Made by a program: the position numbers and the translations under genes. Below, piece by piece: positions 58,485 through 64,000 of a stretch of 64,000 nt of DNA. Each line of letters starts with the position of its first letter. Within the stretch, counting starts at the first letter, position 1. Origin of the DNA: an uncultured Acidobacteriota bacterium (lineage in GTDB: Bacteria; Acidobacteriota; Thermoanaerobaculia; UBA5066; Gp7-AA6); NCBI GenBank assembly GCA_963764715.1, contig CAVXTP010000021.1:352001-416000 (forward strand). Direction: 5' to 3'. Under the pieces are notes generated by a model. That model saw nothing but the letters and a program-made list of their open reading frames with translations. It made no database searches and was not told the DNA's origin.

Positions 58485-58511
58485 CGCGCGAAAACCGCCC
58501 AAACGGGATCA
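58485..58511 (-). promoter_or_regulatory. Related ECF-like motif TGATCC-N12-TTTCGCGCG upstream of gene 20
   Basis: Same length as the four-copy motif and 20 nt before the ATG; shares CCCGTTTGG with the 53055 site. Confidence 0.4.
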
Positions 58512-58583
58512 CGCTCCGACCCGGAGCGGATGGGTCATCACATCGGGAGCCGGACCTCGAATCCTGCCAGCGGGCCGCGGTGA

Positions 58584-60530
58584 TTATGGCGCGAGGAACG
58601 TCTTCGTCAGGAAGACCGCCATCTGTCCGCGGGTATTCGGGAACGTCGGGCAGTAGTTCGGCCCGCCGCAGCCGGCCGTGATGTTCAGGGCGACCAGTTC
58701 GCCGATCCAGTCGGCAAACAGGGACGGACACACCACGTCGGCGAAGACCGGTGTGCACGCCGGCGGCACGTGGCTCGAACCGAACTTCGCCTTCAGCAGG
58801 AAGACGGCCATCTGTGCCCGCGTGACCGGGTTGGCGGGGCAGTAGTTGTTGCCGCCGCAGCCGACGGTGATGCTCTCGGCCACGAGCTGCTCGATCCAGT
58901 CGGCGAACTGCGAAGGGCACGTGACGTCGTCGAAGACGCCCGAGCAGTCGGGCGGCAGGTAGAACTGCCCGTGCTTGGCCTTGAGCAGGAAGACCGCCAT
59001 CTGCGCGCGCGTGACCGACGCGTTTCGGCAGTAGTTGCCGCCGCCGCAGCCCGCCGTGATTCCCGCTCGGACGATCGCCTCGACATAGTCGTGGAAGGTG
59101 TCGGCCTGCGGCACGTCCAGAAAGTCGGCGAGCCAGGCGCGCTCCAGGAAGCCGATGCTCGTGTCGGTGTTGACGACGGAGAGGTCGTGGAGCAGTCCGG
59201 GCGCCAGGTTCGGCGTCGTGGCCGTGATCGTCGTTGGGTCCACGACGTCGACGGACGTCGCCATGGATCCGGAAAGCGAGACGGTGGCCTGGTTCGCGAA
59301 GCCCGAACCGGAGATCGTGACGTCCGTGCCGCCGGCCGCGGGGCCCGAGTCGGGCGTGATCGAGAGGACGGACGGGGTCGTCAGCTTCCAGATCGCGCCC
59401 ACGTTGTTGGCGCCGCCGCCCGAGGCCGTGCCGTAGAGGGCACCGTCGAGTCCCTGGAGAACGGCGCCGTGGGGCGCGGAGCCGCTCACCGAGGTGAAGT
59501 CGTGCGCGGAGGCGACGAGCTGGCCGGCCATCGTCATCCGGTACACCGTGCCGGCGCCGGTCCCGCCGCCCGACGCGGTGCCGTACAGCAGGCCGCCGAC
59601 GATCCGGATCAGGGAGGAGCGCGGATCCGTGCCCTCGTCGCCCGAGAACGCGTGAACGATCTGGAAGTCCGTGCCGTCCCGCCGCAGCTTGTAGACCGTT
59701 CCCTGCCCGGCGGTGCCGCCGAGGATCGTCGTGCCGTAGAGAAACCCGTCGGGCGTCTCGAACATGGGCGCGAGGGGTTGCCGGCCGCCGTTGCCCCCCG
59801 CGAAGGTGTGAATGGTCTCGAAGTTGCCGCCGTCGGTGTCGATCCGGAAGACCGTCCCGTTGCCGGAGCCGTTGTGGCCGGTCTCGGTCGTGCCGTAGAG
59901 CTTTCCATCGGTGGCGAGGAAGAGGCCGCCGTAGGGGTTCGATCCGTCGGTCGCCACGGAGCCGAAGGTGTGCAGAACGTCGAAGTTCTGGCCGCCCGGA
60001 TCGATGCTGAAAACCGTCCCGAAGCCATTCGGGCCCTCGTTGCGCGCGACGCCGTAGAGGATCGTGTCGGGCCCCTGGACGAGACGGCCGAAGGGGTTCG
60101 CGCCGTCCATGGCGCCGTCGAAGTGGTGGATCACGGCGAAGTTGTTGCCGTTCGTATCGACCTTGTAGACGACGCCCGAGCTGTCGCTGCCGCCGTCCGA
60201 GGCGACTCCGAAAAGGAAGCCCGCACCGAGAATCGGTCCGGCGTACGGATCGTCGCCGTCGGTCAGGTCGAACGAATGAAGGACGACGAAGTTGTCCCCG
60301 TCAGGCTCGAGCTTGAAGACGGATCCGTTGCCGTTCTCGCCACCGAAGACCGCCGTGCCGTAGAGGTTTCCCTGGGCATCCTGGACGAGAGCCGAGCGCG
60401 GGTTGTTGCCCTCGCTCAACTCGAGGCTGTGGATGACCAGGTACTGCGCGGCAAGCGAGGCGGGGAGGGACGCGCTCAGGGCCAGGGCGGCGAATACCGA
60501 CACCGAGGAGCGGCGGCTTGCGATGGCCAT
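58584..60530 (-). CDS. Array gene 21: secreted GloVer-repeat beta-propeller + IPT/TIG + 3x SLH (648 aa)
   Basis: Signal peptide, about seven LYG....GG..G.GTVF/YK repeats, SITPDSGPAAGGTDVTISGSGF (IPT) and SLH repeats. Confidence 0.9.
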   Translation of the reverse strand: MAIASRRSSVSVFAALALSASLPASLAAQYLVIHSLELSEGNNPRSALVQDAQGNLYGTAVFGGENGNGSVFKLEPDGDNFVVLHSFDLTDGDDPYAGPILGAGFLFGVASDGGSDSSGVVYKVDTNGNNFAVIHHFDGAMDGANPFGRLVQGPDTILYGVARNEGPNGFGTVFSIDPGGQNFDVLHTFGSVATDGSNPYGGLFLATDGKLYGTTETGHNGSGNGTVFRIDTDGGNFETIHTFAGGNGGRQPLAPMFETPDGFLYGTTILGGTAGQGTVYKLRRDGTDFQIVHAFSGDEGTDPRSSLIRIVGGLLYGTASGGGTGAGTVYRMTMAGQLVASAHDFTSVSGSAPHGAVLQGLDGALYGTASGGGANNVGAIWKLTTPSVLSITPDSGPAAGGTDVTISGSGFANQATVSLSGSMATSVDVVDPTTITATTPNLAPGLLHDLSVVNTDTSIGFLERAWLADFLDVPQADTFHDYVEAIVRAGITAGCGGGNYCRNASVTRAQMAVFLLKAKHGQFYLPPDCSGVFDDVTCPSQFADWIEQLVAESITVGCGGNNYCPANPVTRAQMAVFLLKAKFGSSHVPPACTPVFADVVCPSLFADWIGELVALNITAGCGGPNYCPTFPNTRGQMAVFLTKTFLAP

Positions 60531-60623
60531 GGAGCCCTCCTGAAATTTTGGCGGATTCTGTCACAACGGGGAACCGGCCCCTGACCGCCTCTCGTCCCAA
60601 TCCAGCGAAAGGCGGAACCAACG

Positions 60624-63002
60624 CTACGGGAGCGCGAAGGTCTTGGTCAGAAAGACGGCCATCTGCCCGCGCGTGTTGTTGTTGGCCGGGCAGTAGTTTC
60701 CGCCCCCGCAGCCCCCCGTCACGTTCTCGGCCGCGAGCTGCTCGATCCAGTCGGCGAAGAGCCCCGGGCACGTCACGTCGGGAAAGACGCCGGTACATGG
60801 CGGCGGCAGGTACGCCGAGCCGTGCTTGGCCTTCAGGAGAAAGACCGCCATCTGGTCGCGCCGGACCGGATTCTGAGGACAGTAGTTGCCCGCACCCTCG
60901 CGGACGGCGGAGCCGCAACCCCCGGTGATGCCCTCGAAATAGAGGGCCTCGATCCAGGGCGCGAACGGCGTCGCGCAAAGCACGTCCGCGAAAATTCCGA
61001 TACACGGCGGCGGGACGTAGCAGATGCCGTGCTTGCCCTTGAGAAGGAAGACCGCCATCTGTTGACGGAGGACGGGATTCGCGACGCCGTAGAGGCCGCC
61101 GCCGATGCCTCCGGTGATCGCGTTGGCGGTGAGAGCGACAACGGAGTCGTGGAACAGGTTCGACGGCGGGACGTCGTCGAAGTCGGCGACCCAGCCCCGG
61201 GAGAGCGTTCCCCTCGTTCCGTCGGAATTGGTCACGGTGACGTCGTGGGCGCCGGGGACGAGCGCGGGCGTCGTGGCGGAGACTTGCCAGAAGCTGTCGA
61301 CGGAAACGCCGGAGGCGGCCTGGCCGCCGACGGACACCGTCGCGCCGGCTGCGAAGTCCGTGCCCGAGATCGCGACGGCCGTCCCGCCGCCCGAGGGCCC
61401 CGACCGCGGGGTGATCGAGAACGGAAGGCGCTGGGAAAAGCCGGAGGTCTGGTGGGTGGGGAAGCCGCCCGTGGGAACGGACGGATTGAAGGTCACGGTG
61501 GCGGTCGCCGTGACGCGCCGGCCCGTGACGTCGAGGATGGAATCGGCGTGGAACGCCAGGTGCCCGCTTGCGTCGGTGACGCCGCTCGTGGTCGCGAAGA
61601 AGTTCATGCCCTCGTCGAAGTCCGAGGGCCACTTCGCAGAGCACGCCGGACCGTAGAACAGCTCGATCGAGACGAAATCGTTCGGACTGCCCGAGTAGAC
61701 GCCGTCGATCGCGCTTCCCGCGGCGCCCGAGACGACGGAGGTGATGATGGGAAAGTTGAACGGGCTCAGCGGCAAGTTCGCCCCGATCGCCTCGGCCTGC
61801 CCGAGCACGATTCCGAGGCCGTGGTTGTCATGGATCGAGTTCTCGGTGATGGTGACGCTGCTGTTGATGGAGATCTGGAGCCGCCAGATCCCCGACCGGT
61901 TGAAGGCGATCGCGTTGTAGGAGATGGCGAGCGCGTCGCCGACCTCGATGCGGATTCCGGTCCCGCCGTTGCCGATCGGGGACGTGCCGAGAACGTCGGC
62001 ACCGATGACGTTGATGGCGACGATGTTCTGCACGGCGCCGATGTTGGCCGTCGAGTAGGAGAGGTCGACGCCGTTGCCGGCGTTGCCCGAGATGACGTTG
62101 GAGAAGATGCTGAAGTTTTCCGAGACGCCCTCGACGCGGATCCCGTGGCCGCCGTTTCCGAGCATTGCCATGCCCGTGGCGTCGGTTCCGATGAGGTTGC
62201 CCTGGACGGAGTTCGCGTTGCCATCGGTGATGGCGACGCCGGTCCCGAAGTTGCCCGAGATGACGTTTCGCTCCTCGGGAGTCGGGCCGCCGACCTGGAT
62301 GTTCGAGGAACCGGTCACTTGGATTCCGGCCCCGTTCGGAAGAGCCGCGGCGCCGGTCTTGTCGGTCCCGATCAGGTTTCCGCGGATCAGCTTGCCGTCG
62401 CACCCGGAGATCACGACGCCGGCCGACGAATTCCCCGCGATGAGGTTCCGCGCCGCCGGGTAATTGTCGCCGATCTTGTCCTGCCCCGTCGTGCCGGTGA
62501 TGGAGACACCCGTGACGTTGCCCGGGAACGTCTCGTTTCCGGCCGCATCAGTGCCGATGAAGTTGCCGATGACCCAGAGGCCGGGCGCGCCGGAGACCGC
62601 GATGGCCGTCTGGAAGCCGTGGAGGGCGAGGCCCTGGACGATCGCTGCGCCGCCCGTGATCACGAGGCCGTCGGTCCCCTGGCCTAGCAGCTCGACCTGG
62701 AGCACGGCGTTGTCGCCGACCGGGTCGGTGTTCCACACGGAGCCGGGCTGGGAATAGCCGTCGATGAGAGTCGAGCCCGTGATGGTCAGGGGAGTGAACG
62801 TCACGATCGTGTGCGGGCCCGTGCCGGGGATCGCGAAATCGATCAGGTCGCCTTCCACCGTCCCGTTGGCGTCGAGGATGGCCTGGCGGAAGGAGCCCGC
62901 GCCGCCGTCGTTGGTGTTGGTGACGGTGAAGGTGGCGGCGCCCAGGGGCTGAGCGGCGAGGCCGAGAAGCAGAAACGGGCCCAAACGCGGTTTGACTCGC
63001 AT
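60624..63002 (-). CDS. Array gene 22: secreted beta-helix/IPT/SLH protein (792 aa)
   Basis: Start MRVKPRLGPFLLL at 63002 after RBS GAGGT; full family architecture. Confidence 0.88.
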   Translation of the reverse strand: MRVKPRLGPFLLLGLAAQPLGAATFTVTNTNDGGAGSFRQAILDANGTVEGDLIDFAIPGTGPHTIVTFTPLTITGSTLIDGYSQPGSVWNTDPVGDNAVLQVELLGQGTDGLVITGGAAIVQGLALHGFQTAIAVSGAPGLWVIGNFIGTDAAGNETFPGNVTGVSITGTTGQDKIGDNYPAARNLIAGNSSAGVVISGCDGKLIRGNLIGTDKTGAAALPNGAGIQVTGSSNIQVGGPTPEERNVISGNFGTGVAITDGNANSVQGNLIGTDATGMAMLGNGGHGIRVEGVSENFSIFSNVISGNAGNGVDLSYSTANIGAVQNIVAINVIGADVLGTSPIGNGGTGIRIEVGDALAISYNAIAFNRSGIWRLQISINSSVTITENSIHDNHGLGIVLGQAEAIGANLPLSPFNFPIITSVVSGAAGSAIDGVYSGSPNDFVSIELFYGPACSAKWPSDFDEGMNFFATTSGVTDASGHLAFHADSILDVTGRRVTATATVTFNPSVPTGGFPTHQTSGFSQRLPFSITPRSGPSGGGTAVAISGTDFAAGATVSVGGQAASGVSVDSFWQVSATTPALVPGAHDVTVTNSDGTRGTLSRGWVADFDDVPPSNLFHDSVVALTANAITGGIGGGLYGVANPVLRQQMAVFLLKGKHGICYVPPPCIGIFADVLCATPFAPWIEALYFEGITGGCGSAVREGAGNYCPQNPVRRDQMAVFLLKAKHGSAYLPPPCTGVFPDVTCPGLFADWIEQLAAENVTGGCGGGNYCPANNNTRGQMAVFLTKTFALP

Positions 63003-63051
63003 TGGTGCACCTCTCGAAACTGCGCCGAGTCTATTCCCCTCGAGGCTCCCG

Positions 63052-64000
63052 CTACTGCAGGTTGAAGGTCTTGACGATGAACACGGCCATCTGCCCGCGG
63101 GTGTTGGGGTTGGCCGGGCAGTAGTTGCCGCCGCCGCAGCCGCCCGTAATGCCCTCGGCTGCGAGCCGCTCGATCCAGTCGGCGAATGCCGATGGGCAGG
63201 GAACGTCCGCGAATGTCCCCCCGCAGGCGGGCGGCACGTAACCGGGGCCGTGCTCGGCCTTGAGGAGGAAAACGGCCATCTGGTCGCGGCGCACGGGGCT
63301 TCCCGGACAGAAGTTGCCACCGCCGCAGCCGCCGGTGATGCCTTCGGCGAGGAGCGCTTCGATCCAGTCGGCGAAGGCGGATGGACAGGGGACGTCGCCG
63401 AAAATGCCCGTGCACGGGGGCGGCACGTAGCACAGGCCGTGCTTGCCCTTGAGAAGGAAGACCGCCATCTGCTGGCGCAGCGTGGGGGAATCGACGCCGT
63501 AGAGGCCGCCTCCGACGCCGCCCGTGATGCCGTTCGCGAAGAGCGTCACGACGTCGGCGTGGAAGGGGTGGGCCGCCGGGACGTCCAGGAAATCCGAAAC
63601 CCATCCCATCCTCAACGTCCCGCGGGTCCCGTCGAGATTGACCACCGTGATGTCGCTGGCCGAGCCGGCCGGCAGCGGGGGCGTGGCGCACGTGATCAGA
63701 GTGCGGTTCTGGACGGTGATGAAGTTCGGTGTCAATCCGCCGATCGTGATCGTCGCGCCCGGAAGGAAATCGGTGCCCGAGACGAAGACGGGCGTTCCCC
63801 CGGCCGCCGGTCCCGAGGAGGGCGAGACCGAAAAGGGCAACCGCTGCGAGAAGGCCGACGTGTGGTAGCTCCCCAGGAGGCCCCCGTCCGCGATCGCGAA
63901 CGGCGGGGTAAAGACTTCGGCGATCGTCGTGACGCGCTCGTCCGTCAGCGTCACCGGAAGCTGGTCGGTGAACGCTGCGTCGCCGTTGCCGTCGGTGACG
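63052..64000 (-). CDS. Array gene 23 (5' end outside the window): Ig + IPT/TIG + 3x SLH
   Basis: HTSAFSQRLPF, IPT domain and SLH repeats ending VKTFNLQ; the frame stays open to the window edge. Confidence 0.88.
   Translation of the reverse strand, partial: VTDGNGDAAFTDQLPVTLTDERVTTIAEVFTPPFAIADGGLLGSYHTSAFSQRLPFSVSPSSGPAAGGTPVFVSGTDFLPGATITIGGLTPNFITVQNRTLITCATPPLPAGSASDITVVNLDGTRGTLRMGWVSDFLDVPAAHPFHADVVTLFANGITGGVGGGLYGVDSPTLRQQMAVFLLKGKHGLCYVPPPCTGIFGDVPCPSAFADWIEALLAEGITGGCGGGNFCPGSPVRRDQMAVFLLKAEHGPGYVPPACGGTFADVPCPSAFADWIERLAAEGITGGCGGGNYCPANPNTRGQMAVFIVKTFNLQ

Noticed and set aside
4081-63868. Many long plus-strand ORFs (e.g. 8766..11240, 23992..28851, 36968..41482, 54073..58077)
   Set aside because: Antisense shadows of high-GC genes with strong third-position bias. 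They mirror the minus-strand gene boundaries and have no recognisable motifs.
3235-64000. Diversity-generating retroelement or invertase shufflon explaining the variation
   Set aside because: No reverse transcriptase or recombinase, no template/variable repeat pair with adenine-specific differences, and all copies are full genes in one orientation.
3235-64000. Cys-rich C-terminal repeats as heme or Fe-S binding motifs
   Set aside because: No CxxCH or ferredoxin spacing. The proteins are Sec-exported and the cysteines fall in pairs typical of disulfides.

Overview
High-GC (~70%) bacterial chromosome segment. Gene style and content suggest Acidobacteriota, possibly Thermoanaerobaculia; this is an inference. 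About 52 of the 64 kb is a co-oriented, minus-strand tandem array of 23 paralogous secreted proteins that all end in a Cys-rich S-layer-homology (SLH)-like triple repeat. Twenty of them (19 intact, 1 doubly frameshifted) have the layout signal peptide / GSLRQAI (CSLREA-like) cap / divergent right-handed beta-helix / Ig-like ATATDPxGNTSEFS domain / IPT-TIG / 3xSLH. One more is cut by the window edge, and two carry a GloVer-repeat beta-propeller instead. Embedded in the array on the opposite strand is an ECF43-type sigma factor (STTA motif) coupled to a membrane Ser/Thr kinase with TPRs. A bipartite motif, TGnCCC-N12-TTTGTCGAG, lies 21-22 nt upstream of four nearby array genes and is probably that sigma's promoter. 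The array shows several turnover scars: a 64-bp palindromic element that occurs three times, each time next to a displaced copy of an SLH gene's last codons; an internally deleted minigene; and a propeller-SLH gene bracketed by a duplicated 3' fragment of the neighbouring PTPS gene. Other genes are a cytochrome c peroxidase/MauG - Tat metallophosphoesterase - monoheme cytochrome c operon, a GNAT, a TIGR03960/TIGR03936-type radical SAM fusion and a PTPS-III-like T-fold enzyme. No rRNA, tRNA, CRISPR array, transposase or reverse transcriptase was seen.
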